From contig OZ199840.1 of assembly GCA_964304625.1 (NCBI GenBank), positions 2,148,532 to 2,212,531 on the forward strand: a DNA stretch of 64,000 bases. The letters run 5' to 3'. The notes beneath the pieces were generated by a model that was not told the DNA's origin, did no database searches, and worked only from the letters and a program-made list of their open reading frames with translations. Below, piece by piece: positions 10,571 to 24,519 of this stretch. The first letter of the stretch is position 1; the number at the start of each line of letters is the position of its first letter. The position numbers and the translations under genes were made by a program. This DNA is from Kudoa neothunni. Its lineage: Eukaryota; Animalia; Cnidaria.

Positions 10571-13385
10571 CCCTCGGAAGTCGGAACTCAAAAAACTTAC
10601 GCGAGTGCCGGTGGGGGTAGTTCACTTACCCCAGAGATTCCCAATGTTGCTGCGCTTATTTGATAGAATTTATTATTTCAAATGGTTAACAATCAGTTAA
10701 ACTTGAATAAAATGATATTGGATGTCAAAATAATTAAACCACTTAGAAGAAAAATACAAGTGATTAATAATGGGTATTTCCATAAAAAAAGGCACGGCAA
10801 AACATTATACCAACCAGAAATGTAGACTACGTGATAAAATGGACATCTATAAATTTATAGAGAACTTAATGCTAATTTTTAGTGAGTTTCTATCATTTTC
10901 ACGAAACGGCCAGCGGCAGCATCGTGATAAGATTATCCGACGATATTCGTTAATCTTATAATTATGCCGAGGATTAAACTGACCGGGAAGCGATTTGAAG
11001 CAACAAATCTTAATAAACTAACTTCAAATTTGTGTTATCCCGGTATAAATAAATTTGAATATCAAAAATAAACCTAAACTGATTATAAATTTACAGGTTA
11101 ACAGCCATTATATGTTATTTTTTCTAAGTAAATTTTCAACAAAATTCCTAAAGTAATGTTTATAATATAAGCTGTGAGAAACTAATTGTTGTTCATAGAT
11201 ACGACCAATATCTAAATGTAACAAAATATGTTGTATTATACGATATAATAATTTATCAATTCGGATTTAAATTGCAATGTGAGCACTGCACAACACTTTT
11301 TTGAACACGATGTGACTGACATACAGGTTTTTTTGCATACACTACAAAAAATTCTAGTCTTCCGATCAATAGTTCTGGGACAGTGGACAATTCATTATTT
11401 CCTACGTGGTTATTAAATATATCGAATCCAGATTTGAGATGTGCATGTTAAACATTGTTTAACGTTTGTCGAAGCAAAACGTTGGGTTTGATGAGTTCCG
11501 TCGCTAATTCACGAAGAAAATACTGCCTGCGACTTCGATCAGTTGATCGCCAATCTGGATTATTTGACAACCCAATTATGTAAGCATTCAACACCAACAT
11601 GTCAATCAGGTCCATAAACATTACGATTCTTCTTTGGAACATACGACACAATTGTCAAGTCGCCAGAGAAACAAAAAGTTGAGAAGAGTTCATCACGATT
11701 AGCGTTGTTTCGGAGGATTTTATGAATATATCTGTTATTTTTTCTTAGCGTCCCAGCCAAAGTTATATTTCTCTCCAACAAAAATAACGCCAAAGGAATG
11801 GAGGTGAAAAAGTTGTCGGTGGTCAATCCTCGCCCACTATCATAAAACGGACTCATGAGATACTTGACAACTCTTTAACATCTTGCTTACTTTTTTTGAT
11901 GTTTCTGATTTTTCCGATGTATGGCTGAACGTTCAGCAAATATGACGTATTCACGTCAGCGGCAAACCACAATTTGATGCCAAACCGGATAGGCTTACTT
12001 TTTTACACACTCGAAAGGGACATCTGCCACGGAAACCTACCATTCGCTCATCAATCGTTATATGCGTACCAGGCGAATAGTTTTTTGAATGCTTTGTTAA
12101 TTTGTTCAAATTTATCTCGAGAAGTGTAAAACCTTGATGCTCTTGTTGACCTGTCATCGAAACGAATGGTTCAGCAAATAAGACTTGTCACAATCCGAGA
12201 ATCACGATCCCTCACAATAAAGAGGAAAGTCGTTCCCGGGTGGGCGACCGGGTGGAGACCGAGGCGGGGCCCACGCTACACGGAGATACATAGACACGAC
12301 TAAACTGGGAGGAATACCATCACTACCTTTAGTCTATTTTATTCCAGTTCTCTTTCTTTTGCGCGGCCTTAATCCCAAACTATAACAAGACTGAACCTAT
12401 CTCTCGAAATAGCGGCTAAGAAGAATGCTTGCTTAAATAACGGATACATTTCCCAAATGTTTCTCAGTGATACTCTAGATCCATTACCACGTCCAGCTGC
12501 AATCAAACACCCAGAAAAGCCATCAATTCCTCCATTGTTATTGCATTTATGCTGTTATAGCGATCGATGGATTGCTGAAACTTATTCGTGTAGAATAATA
12601 TTTTTTCGAATACAAAATTAGAAAAAAATAGCATGAACGTTGACGAAATATCCGAGATATTGCTTGCGTCACCGATAGGGCCAGAATTAACATTAACAAA
12701 ATTGTGGAAACTGGTGCGTGTTTTGGATTTTAGACGTCGATATTTCAATTAGGTTTCCCTCATTGTCGTTATCACTCATTTTTTGATTCTCCGAGTCCTC
12801 AGGATATTCCACACAATCCTCATAAAATGATTCATCTGATAAATGACCTTCAAAATCTGCGTCACTATCAACATATGTTTCTTCACCGACAAAATCGCTG
12901 ATGAGATCATCTGAATTATCTTCGTATGACATTTTTTCCATAGAAATATAGGTTTTTGCAAAATCTTTCATAATACACCTACAGACCTGGATGATTAAAA
13001 CGTGATTCGCACTACTTTTGCATAATCTCATATTAATACGATAACCCATCGGTGACAATTAAGGACTAACTGTTATTGGGCTCATTCGCCTTTTATTTAT
13101 ATTCTTAAATCTTTTTGGATATTTGTTACTATTTTTTTTATAATAACAATATTATTTAAAAGAATTAGCAAGTATTATTAACGCGAAAATAAATAACTCC
13201 AAATCTAAAGATGTCTTATCTACGTTTAATTTAAAGGATATAAAAAACATTTTCTAATATATACGAAACATTAATTATTTCGGAGGATTGCGCAAAGCCA
13301 AATAAGGTTCTTTAATATTTAAGGGGGAAAATTTCAACAAATACATACATTGGGGTGCAAGGACTAATCCCCCTTCCTGGAAGGA
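10571..13385 (-). mobile_element. piggyBac (PGBD4-like) element with a pseudogenised transposase
   Basis: TTAA-bounded ends with GGGG..CCCC subterminal repeats. Fragments include ITIDERMVGFRGRCPF, GRGLTTDNFFTSIPLA, VGTLRKN-like AGTLRKN, FMDLIDMLVLNAYII and a C-terminal Cys-rich region at ~11280-11390. Many stops and frameshifts. Confidence 0.9.
12186..12387. mobile_element. Solo LTR, 202 bp, inserted in the piggyBac transposase
   Basis: TGTCACA...TATAACA with a perfect 5-bp TSD AGACT. Removing it rejoins the transposase frame (AAISRDRF-SLICxTIRFDD). Confidence 0.85.
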
Positions 13386-13433
13386 TTAAGTGTGTGTCTT
13401 ATTCAAGCGCAGTTTAAAAAATACAATAATTTA

Positions 13434-14448
13434 CCCTCAAACCCACGGTGAGGGTTAAAATGACACCTCCAATTTTTTTAAACCGCCTTGAATAGTACTT
13501 AAGCAATTGACATTGTATTTTTTAAAAGGAACGTTTATTATAATAGAATAACTACTTTTATTAAAATATACTCAAAAAATATTAAGAAATTACTCCCCTA
13601 TACAAACGATTGACTTAGAACGGAACTCATAAAAAATATGCTTCTTTTGATGACAAAAAATTTACTAAACAACCGTTTTAAATATTAAGTATTTTGTATA
13701 TGAATGAGGAATGTTTTAAATTTGCTATTACAACCGGACTATCCATACTGTTATGATGAGATTGATTTTAGCAATAAGGTCTTTTACACGGTTGTACCAT
13801 AAGATCTGCCAACATTCAGCTCGCATTCGGAGGTTACCTTATTTAGTAATCATTTAAAAAATTATATACGTATCTATAAATTCACTCAACTCGAGATTGT
13901 AAACATTAGTAATTGTGTACATCAATATTTTTCTTCTCCATTATTCTTATAAGTGAACAACAACCAACATACTTCATTTAGTCATGCTTCATGTAGTTAT
14001 TTACGTATTTTTTAAATGGGGGTTTCATGTTTAAAAATGCTCTCTGCGTCAGTTTATCTTCGAATACGTGTCGGTTGCTCGGACCATTTTTCTCCCTCCC
14101 CAAATGTCACTGAGTATATTTATTCGTCGGGGAGAATAATTTCAATCTCCGAATCATAGGAATCGCGCATGGGGTTCTCAGTTATACAATTACTAAATTT
14201 AAAAATAGTTTTTTCAAATTTGGCATAGTATTTAGTGAATTCAGAAACCATTGGGTCACATATACGACTATATTTAACGACATCCATATTGTGTTATGCG
14301 TGGTTTAAAAAATTTAATAGGTTTTCTATTACACTAAATGAATATTTATTATATCCATAATCTATTTATAAAAAACTAAAACTTTCACGAATAGACTGAG
14401 GATTAAGATTATCCCCAGCGTGGGGAACGTGATTTTTTAGCGTGTGGG
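13434..14448. mobile_element. Degenerate non-autonomous piggyBac
   Basis: Left end TTTA|CCCTCAAACCCACGGTGAGGGTTAAAATGACACCTC; right end CCCCAGCGTGGGGAACGTGATTTTTTAGCGTGTGGG|TTAA. Confidence 0.5.
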
Positions 14449-14851
14449 TTAAGGAAAATTTATGATGAGGCGAATTTCACCCAAAAATCTTTGGAGGATG
14501 TTTTCTAATTTTTAATAACTTCCTGTGTTTTTTTAGCAACGTACACTTAATAATTTATTCAAAATAAATTCATAAGTATAGCAATAATTTCATACGCATT
14601 AGAAATCAATGAAAGAATATTGATAGGATTCAAAATTGTTTAAGATGAATTTCACCCAAAAGTTCTTCGAGAGTAAAAATAATTAATTGTTTGAGTATTG
14701 TTTAAAATTATTTTAAAATTTTATAACGAAAATGTCATCATAGCACATTTAAAAAAAATCATACAGAACACACTAATACTACTAATAAATAAATAAATAT
14801 GTTTAAACTAATAAATAAATTAGTTCTGTACGACAAATAATCTCATCACTA

Positions 14852-17800
14852 TTAGACTTTAACATAAATGTCTTCACATTCATTGCAAACTTCATTTTTT
14901 TGTGATGTCTCTGTATCGTATTACAGCGCCAGCCACCACAATCATCTTGAAATAATCTTTTGATGATATATTTTTAGATTCTCCTACTGCACTAGCATAT
15001 TCAGATGAAACCATAGATTCACTGGCGTAATCAATAGTATCCTCAGACTCTCCGGTTTCATCTTCCGCTTCTTTGAATGTCTCAATTGTTTTAGCGGATG
15101 ATGCATTGATACTTGAATCATTAACATATTTTTGATCATTTTTATAGCTTCATAAAGTGTTTTCTTGAATTTTCCTTTTTCCATGGGAATAGTATTTTTC
15201 ATTTGATCATTACATTCTATAATTTGAATAGGATTTATATTTTGAGTGAGTAAACTATCAATTGCTGAAATAAGTGTAGTGTATATTACATGCAAGTTGT
15301 CAAACCGTTTATCATTAGTTTCCGAACCAATTTTCTTTAATAATGATTTGATTCGGTCTAATAAGTCAGCGGTTTTAGATGTTAATTCGGAATATTTATT
15401 TTCAAGGTCATTCATTTCACTTGCATAATGCGAATTTGCTTCGGTGATGGCTGATGAAATTATTTCCATATTCTGTTCAAAAATGTTGATCAGACGTTGT
15501 TCTTCAGCTTTCATTTGAATAGATTTCGACAGCAAATCCTTGGGAATATCACTTGATAATTCGTTAGCTTTAGCTACAGCTCCTTTGCGAGCTAGATTGT
15601 ACTCTTCGTATTTTGCTAAAGTTTCAGATTCTTCCTTTTTTAATAAATCAGCCTGGGATTGACTAAGGTTCGAAATTTCAGTTTCTATTTTCCTCAACAA
15701 GTCAATGTTTTTTTCGTATAGCGCTTCGGTAGATTTCAAGAAGCTCTCAAGCTTTTTCTTCTTTTCGGTGATTTTCTTGGTAACTTTGTTAATTGTAAAG
15801 GCGGTTTCTTTGAGTGAATTCAGTTCCTTAAAGGATGACTTGTGATTAATTTTTTCATTGGAAACGCTTTTGGAGTGCTCTTCAATCATTCATACTCCAT
15901 CAGCAATCTCACTAGTTAAGTTGTTTTCGATAGTGGACAATTGTTTCAGTCGGATTTCCATAATGTCAGTTGTGATTTTAAAAAAAACAAACTGTGCTTT
16001 CAAAGCAGCGTTAACGTTTACAATTTTATTCGCATTCTCGGTGTTTATGAACGCAAAATTCTCATTTTAAAGTTCATTATAGCTTTTAAGCAGACTCGAA
16101 ATTGCACTCTTGATGGTTTCAAAAGTTGCGCTACTCCTGTCATAGCCGGTAGAAATTGAAGAATATTCACTTTAAATTTAGTCTCTTTTTGAGTCACATA
16201 TTTATCATTCGCAACATTCAAGTTATTGAAAGTCAAAAAATTATTATTTACCGAAAATTTTCCTTCCAGAAGTTGCGCAATTATTTGACTAACGCTAATT
16301 CTTTTGATTTCATCCACGTTATCGCTAGATTTTTTGATGGAGTTTGTATAATAATCCTTATCTATTTTATAATTGTCTTTTTTTGTATGACTTCCTTGTA
16401 TTTTTTAAATAAATTGTTGAGTTCGTTTCTGAAATTTGCGATGAGAGTTTGCTCCTTGATTTCAACTGTTCTCAGCCCATAGCCAAGTAATTCCATCATA
16501 CTGAAATGAAAACTTTTAAAATTCTTAACTTCTGTTTCATAACTATCTACCAATAATTTCACTTTGTTAATCCCGTCAACTATCATCGAAATATCGTGCC
16601 CAATGTTTTCACAGGATTCTTCGTGGTTTTTCATATCTTCTAATAGTTGGTTAGTGTCTCTATCGAGATTGAAACTTAAACTTACAGTTTATTTTGAGAT
16701 CAATGTTTCAAATTGATCAGGCGGTGTATTTATCTCAGCTGATATTCGCTTTTTTGCTTGTCCTATACTGACATTATCTTGGGTTAATTTCTGAGGTCGT
16801 CTGTTGATATCATTTAGAAATATTTTATTTTCATATATTTGGGATTTAATAACAACAAATTTGGATTTTAAACCCCCAATGTTCGGTATAATTTCGGCCA
16901 ATTTACTTTCGGTTACATTATCCAAGTTAGAAAACAAGTTGGATAATTCATTAGCTTTTGTTTTGAGGAATAGGGGTTTATTTTTGGAGACTGACAATTT
17001 GTAATTATTATTATCGGTCCTTACTTCTTGTAAGCTTCTATATGCTGCGGTCAAATTATCCTCCATTGTTGTTAATTGATTAGAATCAATGATGGATTCA
17101 TGAGAATCTATATTGCTTAACAATTTCTCCTTTCGAATATAAATATCATTCAATACGTTGGTTGGATTTTTCACGGCGAATCTTGCATCTAATTTTTCTT
17201 GATTATGTTGCTTTAGATATTCAGGAATTTGCATTGTTGTTAGGGTTTCGATGTCGGATTTTAAAGGTTTCTAGGTGTGTAAAGTATTTTTATTATCATT
17301 CTTCAGCTTACTGTAAGTTGTTTGCAATTGTCCAACCTTTTCAGTAACGTTACGATTCAAATTTATCACTTGTTCAAACTTTAAATTTAACGTTCTCTCA
17401 AATAGAGATTTTGTGTTATCCAAAAATTTTATGATTTTGTCGTTTAATCTTTTACCGTCAAACACATGACGTCTCAGGTCGTCTATTGATTTGAGTTGTT
17501 CGATTCGTGCTATAAAATCATCAACTGTGTTTTTGTAGGTTTTATGCAATTATGACATCGGAAGTGGCTTGGGATAATTCTTTTATATTTTTCCTAATTA
17601 TCGAACGGTTCCTTTCAACTTTTTAGATTTCAGATCTTTGATTTTTATACGAATAGAGCACTTTTTTTAGTTCAACGATTTTGTTTGTCATTTTAGCCGA
17701 CAAATCTGTTGAGATATAAGAATTCGTTGATGATAAAAAACTTTGGATTTCATCTATTTTGTTGACTGACACATTATCAATATCAATGTCATTGACCATT

Positions 17801-18676
17801 GTGGTGAAATTTCGAGATTTATTTGAATAATTCTCGAACAATTCTGGATTATACGGTGTGATAAAAGCTCGTAGCTCAGGTTTAATTTTTTTGAAATATG
17901 GACCCATTGCATTTATCATTTTATTCTAGTAAGGAGTAAATTTTTTTATATCTATCCTCAAGAGATGTCGTTAGCTCCTTAGAAAGATCTAATCCGCAGT
18001 AGTGTGTATTTGTTTGATATGATTGTAGTTTAGATATAAAATCATTAAATTGTTGTAAGGAATCTCGTCCATGTTAAAGTTGCGTTTTCAGATTATAGCT
18101 TAATTTATGTAAATGACAATTGTCAATTGTATAACAAGTTATATCTTCTTTAACGTGAAATTCTACTTTTAACAATTCTTGACTTTCCTTATTCTCGCTT
18201 TCAAATTTATCGAGGAAATGGACCGTTTTGCTGTAGTTTATTGTAACATGCGTAAGCGATTTGGCAACGGTTTATAGCTGTATTATAAAATTCAGACTTA
18301 AGGAGTTCGAGACCAATTTGTTTAAATGGTTCTATATCATAGATTTTGAAACTTCCGTACATCATTATTAAGATCCTCCGAATTTAGTTGACCTGATTTT
18401 CGTTTGTATAAAGGTGTTTTTGAGATTCGTAATTCTTCTTTATTGATAGAAGTTCAGCCACTCGTGTATATTTAATTTTAGTTAGTGATTCCAGTTCTGT
18501 GAATGCTTCCAAATAGTCATGCCTTAGTTGACCATATTGCTGGTACATATCATTTATATTATTATGGTTTCTTTTAGCTGTGGAATATGATGAAAATGTT
18601 ATCAATAATACGGAATCTAATAACTCATCAGTCAATCAAGGTAATAATGATTTTTACATGTTAATTGATTGAACAT
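14852..18676 (-). pseudogene. Pseudogene paralog of the 27883-31758 coiled-coil membrane protein
   Basis: It has the same exon 1 (MFNQLT, 18676-18658) and a 41-nt intron (18657-18617). ORF fragments align colinearly to the intact gene through the tail (ECEDIYVKV*). Lesions include nonsense substitutions (TAG at ~17272 where the intact copy has TAC; TAA at ~17624), several frameshifts and an 11-codon deletion in the TM helix. Confidence 0.9.
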
Positions 18677-19529
18677 AGTTGAAAATTTTGGTATGACCTC
18701 TGTCTCTTCTTATCAGCAGATCAGCGGATCGTCAGATTAGTTTGTTAGGTTACTGTGAAATCGTAAACGTATACCACTTGAAAAATTTTAATCAGCTTTA
18801 CATTTTATATTTATATTCCAAATCTATGCAAATAATTTCTATTTATTCTTCCATAAAGGTACTGAATACATTAAATAATAAATATAATACATGATAATTA
18901 ATTGTGATTAATAATATGTATTCAATTACGTATGTTTACATGTATTTTGTTTAAATTTATTTACTTTTTTTATTTCAAATATAATTTTAACAAGGTTGTT
19001 CTCTTAAAGCAATGTGAGGTTAATATTTCATGATGTGGTCAGGAATTATGAATTAATAAACTTTGTTTTCGAGCCACCGAAATCGCGTTTATTTTTTAAT
19101 AAATGAAGATTTTTAAGGAATTAATTTAATGCGCTTAAAAATAATTACTTTATAATAGAACGTTAGTCCTCTTTTACGTTCGAATAACACAGGAGTAAAT
19201 GATGAACTAATGTTTAAATGAAATAATCCATAATTATGTAATAAATGGATCAATATTGAGATGGGAACCAACAATGAAAATGGTCGTGACATCATCAAAC
19301 CATCGTGAATTCGTCATAAATTTCTATTACCAATTATTCTGTATGAAAAATAAATAGATAAAAATGTATACATAAAAGGAAAAAGCGGCGTGGATGTACC
19401 ATGACTTGATATAATGTGGTGTTAATACAAACGCCGTTATTATTAATTTTCTTATTATTTAAATTCGTCTTCAATTTTATTCTATTTTACAAGAATAAAT
19501 ATGTAGTAACATTTTTCAAAATTTTCAAG

Positions 19530-20330
19530 ACCTAACAAAACTTTCCCACTACGAAGTTACTTCCTATGGGGGTTTTTTGAGGTTGATGACTGGATACAGC
19601 GAGATTTCAGAATGGTCACATAACAGTTCAGTATTGGCGAAAAATATGCGACAATAAATTTTTTGTAAATTTATAAATAACATAACATGAGAAAAATCAC
19701 AAACAACAACAAAAATTTGAACCTGCGCTGTATAGTTTTACTCGCACGCGTTTATAAGAATTTAAAGTTTATTTGCTGTTGGATCCTATGGATGTAAACT
19801 AATCGAGTATTTCGAATTGTGGTTTGTAACAATAAAAAACGGTTTTAAATGGAAAATTTAAATTTGTTGACGCTTAAATGTATGATTGGGTTTCCAAAGC
19901 TACATGTTTAGGTAAATCAGCTCCTGATTATGCCATTACAGAAAAAGTTTCCCATGTCACAGAAGAATGTGTATTAAATAATTTTTCCCCAAATTGAGAT
20001 TTATTTTGTTATTTAGAAGAAAGATCAGGACTCCGATACACAGGTTTTCACCGAGAAGCTAAGGGCGTCGAAATTTTAATGATTGAAAAAAACCATTTAA
20101 ACATAAACAATTATAAGGATGAAAATATTTTTAATTCCGACGAAGGTTTCTATTTATAATCAAAAAACCATCATTCTTTAGTTTAAACAACCAAAAAGAT
20201 GTTCGTTAACAAACTCCGAACGAATAGGATTACATTGTCATCACCAAATTCATCGGGCGAGGAATAAATTCCTCTGATTGTGATTTGGAATTTATAACGC
20301 CGTATTATTTTAAACGATTCATGATATTTG
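19530..20330 (+). mobile_element. Highly decayed pogo/Tigger remnant, co-duplicated at ~32600-33400
   Basis: NYKDENIFNSDE (cf. NIFNxDETGLF) followed by RIT..SSGEE.IPLIVI (cf. GEKLPLLVIG). Confidence 0.55.
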
Positions 20331-20369
20331 TTATGAACAGATAAGAGCGGACATAAAAGTTTGTCGTAT

Positions 20370-21432
20370 TTATCCTTTTTCTCCGATTTTTACTCTTGTT
20401 CTTCGAAAGGCTGAATAATCCCAAAATAGAATTTCGAAGATACGGAATTTTTACAGATTCACAGAAAATGGAATTTAATCGTTGCTGATCTTACTACGAG
20501 AAATCTTCGAATAGAAAATTTTATACTTGGAACAATGCTTTATTTCAAATTAAAATATCTGCAATAGAAGTTCACCAAAAATAAGATACAATTTGGAATT
20601 TTAATAATTCTTAAAGCCCACGTAATACAAAAATTGAGCTTAGAAAAACATGCCCAAAATTCATCTAAATGAACACATTTTTAAATTTTATTCTCCTTCT
20701 AAGATCAATACTTTGAATTTTTTACCATTATTAGCAGCAATACACAGTTTTATCATGACCATGAACTATTTGGAATTATTTCGAAGAGATTATTGTTTGA
20801 ATTTAAAAAAAGAATCTGACGCTGATGATATCCAATGCTAAGTTATCATATACAAGTGTTTGTTTCTAATTTTAGGTATTACCTAAACAAATTAAAATTT
20901 AGCAAAATATTATCTTCTTGACTAATTTTCCTTAATTTTAATGAATGAATGGCCACACATAAAAATAAAACCTCATCTAGGTATAGTATAGTTGTTACGT
21001 GAAATTCAAAAGTCGAACGATACACTGTAAGAGAATTGTTTGAAATTAAAGGGATTGAAGAGACAAAAAAATGTTTTTTCGACTAAATTATTAACAATCT
21101 CCTTTTCGGCCATTGTTTATCTGCAAATAAATTTTAATTCTAACGGAAAATACTGCACATCATTACTTCCTCTAGCTCTGGTTAACGCTTCTCTGGATAA
21201 AGCATTATATCATCTGAAATTGTCGAAAAAATAAGAAGAAATAGAATGTTATGCTTTTACATTAGATAATCTTGTTCTATTGTGGAATTTTTCCAACACA
21301 TTGAAAGAATGATATCATAAATTTGAAGTTTCTGAGTTAATTATAAATTAACATATATTTACACATATAATTAAATATTAGTTCCGTTTTTACAAAAAAT
21401 TCTGGTTTGTCCGATTTGGGTTGGCAGCGCTG
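20370..21432 (+). mobile_element. 5'-truncated hAT transposon remnant
   Basis: Dimerisation-domain-like LLPLALVNASLDKALYHLKLSKK*RNR at 21160-21250 and right terminus GGGTTGGCAGCGCTG. Absent from duplication unit 2. Confidence 0.55.
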
Positions 21433-21599
21433 GTTGTAATTGTGTACATTTATCGCGTGATTCGTACATCACAAATGGTGATAGGGGATGGAGTTATGTT
21501 ATCTAACACTAGTCACAATAATTTATTATAACTACGAGGTGGACTCCTATCGGGTGATAACTTATGCTTACTTTATGAGCTACACAACGAAGCAGCTCC

Positions 21600-24220
21600 T
21601 GTAACTATTCATCAAGTGTCTGGATGGTAAACTGCATTAACATTATTCTTCTCTCCACCCAAGAGTAAGGGATGATTATTTCAAAATTCAATATCCTATG
21701 GAAAGGCGTCTTTCTTATTATAGGGATAAAATGTTGGCACGCTGCGGTGTAATTGATGCGACATCTGGGCGTATAAGATGCTGGACGAATCACAGTTAAG
21801 AATTTCGCAAAGTTCTGTGAAGCATTGATGGATAACAGGCCATCTATAATCATTATTCGAATGTCACTAGTCGCCAACGACATTATTATTCCAATGAAGT
21901 ATTCTTTGATAATGGCTAATAATTCACGCTTAGTGGTGCAGTAATCTCTTTCGGAGTTGGAAAGCCCCTTGCTAGCGAAGGCTACGAGATGTTCAATCCC
22001 ATTAATTTCCTGAGAAAGTACTACACCATGCCCGACACCACTTGCGTCTGTATCCAGAAAAAATTTTGTGTTCCAATCTGGAGGAAGTAGTGTTGGAGCA
22101 TTTACAATGCTTTTTTGATTGTAGAAAATGAGGTATCATGTGTGTTCGTCCATGAAAATTTAATATTCTTTTTTAGTAAGTTTATAAGGGGGCTGCCAAT
22201 TCCGCAAAATTTTTAATAAATCTTCTATAATAGGACACAAAACCAACGAATCGTTGTACATCCTTTGTAGTTTTGGGGCGGGAAAATTTTCTATTAAGTT
22301 TTCTCTTTGTCTGTGGTGATTCCATTTTTAGACACGACGTATCCTAAAAATTTTACTTCAGGGCAAAAGAAATGTGATTTGTTTGGTTTGATTATCAAGT
22401 TAACCCCTTTATTGCCTCAATAACTTGTTCCAAATAGATTTTATGGTCTTGTCGCGATTCACTAAATACGATTATTCGCCAAGATATACCAGTGCGAACG
22501 ATTTGAACGGACGGAGTAGATTGTTCATCAGATTTTGAAAAGTAGCCGGGGCATTCGCAAGACCAAAAGGCATAACGCGAAATTGATATAAACCATTTGT
22601 AGTAGCGAGCGCAGTCTTAATGCGATCCTTCATTGCTACTGGAATTTGGTGATAACCACTAGCTAGATCAATGATTGAGAAATATGAAGCTCCATGTAGG
22701 TTGTCCAAAATATCAACGGTCAACGGGAGAGGGAAAGAATTTTTTATGCTCTTCTCGTTCAATTTTCTGTAATCAATACATAGTCTATATTCGTTTCCGT
22801 TCTTTTCGTTCACTAATACAACATTGGCTGCCCACGGACTAACAGAAGGTTCCACAATTCTGTCGACTAACCATTGATTCACTATTTTATTAATTTCATC
22901 GTTCATTGATTTAGAGTGGCGATACAGTTTACATTTAACCGGAATATCATCAAACGTAGGAATATGACGTTCGATGAGCGACGTTTTCGATGCACTCTTT
23001 CCAGGGGAAAGAAATGCACCTTCGAACTTCCTCAGTAATTTCTCATTATGTCATGATGTTGCGAATCATAAGATATCAAACGTTTTTTGTTTAGGCTAAC
23101 CTCTAACGTATTTAATTCCATGACATTTTTCCGGAAATCCAACAGACAGCCATGTTCGTTCATGAATTTGTTTCCAAGTATACCGTCGTATTTGATGTCT
23201 GCTATCCAAAACTCAGTCCTGAGGGATTTTCCCGGTATTGATAATGTTAGAATTATCTTTCCAAATACTCGGCAGTCACTTCCGTCCGCATTTCTCAGCT
23301 TAATTGGATTATTTATGTTAACATCGTTTAAACAAACAATAGATTGTTAAATTATGTCTACACTAGACCCCGAATCAAGCAAAAAACTGCGGAGGCCTCC
23401 ATTAATACTTAGTTCGATTTTAGGCATATTGCGAGAAAAACTCAAGTAAAACGTTTCGCTGTATGTCCAAATTTATCACATATTTGGCAATTCACTGGCT
23501 CTTTTCTGTTATCATTAGTGTTTTCTTTCTTCTTTGGCCAGTTATTTATATGTTTCGCCTTTTGGATAAGGTTTAAATCTTCATGTTCTGCTTCCATGAT
23601 TCCAGACTGTGCAATACACAATCTATTAGCAGTAGTAACCGTTCCCTCAATTGAAACAGGTATATTTGACAGTAAGGGACGCTTAGCCGCTGCATTTTCA
23701 ACACCAGCCACGAATCAGTTTATGACCAACTTATCAATACCCATAGTATTCGTTTGCAGGACTGCTTTTTTAGCAATATATTGTAAGCAGTCCATATACA
23801 CTTCGTAGGTCTCTCCTGAGAGTTGATTTCGGGTGCGGAACTTTTCCTGTCCTAGGTACGTATCCGTCGGTTTTTCATAAGGAACTCCAAGGAACCTTTT
23901 ATCTCATTGTAATCCGACGACGTCGAAAGCCCATCTTCTTTCATCGTATAGTATACGGATTCTCCAACTCTCAAAAGTAACTGGGCCACATGCCGTGTGG
24001 GGTCAGTGCCAGTTGTAGTCATTAGTAACTCGAAGCTTTCAAGCCAGTTATTCACATCCATACCTTCGCTGAAGTTAACGAACTTCAATGGTATTTCCAC
24101 TGGGCCAATGTCACTACTAGCTGAGTGCGCCATAGACTTTGAAGACATTTAACGAGCAACTACACGTAATTATAATCTCCAATATGTTAAGTTAATAGGT
24201 GGACTATCCGCCACAATTAT
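21600..24220 (-). mobile_element. Ty3/gypsy LTR retrotransposon internal region, degenerate
   Basis: gag at 24148-23442 with knuckle CQICDKFGH; protease LLDSGSSVDI at ~23380; RT SPWAANVVLV..YRLCIDYRKLN..DLASGYHQI..MPFGLANAPATFQ; RNase H FLDTDASG..VAFASKGLS..ERDYCTTKRELLAI; truncated integrase; PBS-like TGGCG at ~24213. Confidence 0.92.
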
Positions 24221-24519
24221 AAACAAATTTTGGAGTAATTAATGTAAATAATTATGTTTAACACATAAAGTAAAAGAATTTGAACCTTTTTCTAAATAAA
24301 GTGGAAATTACACGGGAATCCGACTATGCTCGATTTAGGATTTTAAAGTTGATTTTTATGATATAAAGAAGTATGGGCAAATTTTGAAAGGGAAATCAAT
24401 TAATAGAACAAATTGTAGGAAACGACTTTGTTCAGATTGTATTAAGGTGCCGCACTAAGTTCTTATATAGTTACTGTGGTTAGTCCTAAATTGTATTTTA
24501 ATTACCTTAAATAATTAGA

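Larger units (their letters stand above)
14680..20370. repeat. Segmental (tandem) duplication unit 1; partner is ~27700-33490
   Basis: Similarity is colinear over the 3' flank, the gene and ~1.7 kb of upstream DNA. It resumes briefly at 21440-21470 (matching 33461-33490) after a hAT remnant. Confidence 0.85.

Noticed and set aside
14455-14675. Two GAATTTCACCCAAAA direct repeats as a CRISPR-like array
   Set aside because: Only two imperfect units ~175 bp apart, in a eukaryotic context with no cas genes.
15246-17347. Plus-strand ORFs overlapping the pseudogene (likewise 28617-30410 over the intact gene)
   Set aside because: They are antisense shadows of the coiled-coil coding strand.
14984-18635. 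Treating the minus-strand ORF fragments as exons of an intact spliced gene
   Set aside because: The breaks are point stops and small indels colinear with the intronless paralog, with no 40-nt GT-AG gaps.
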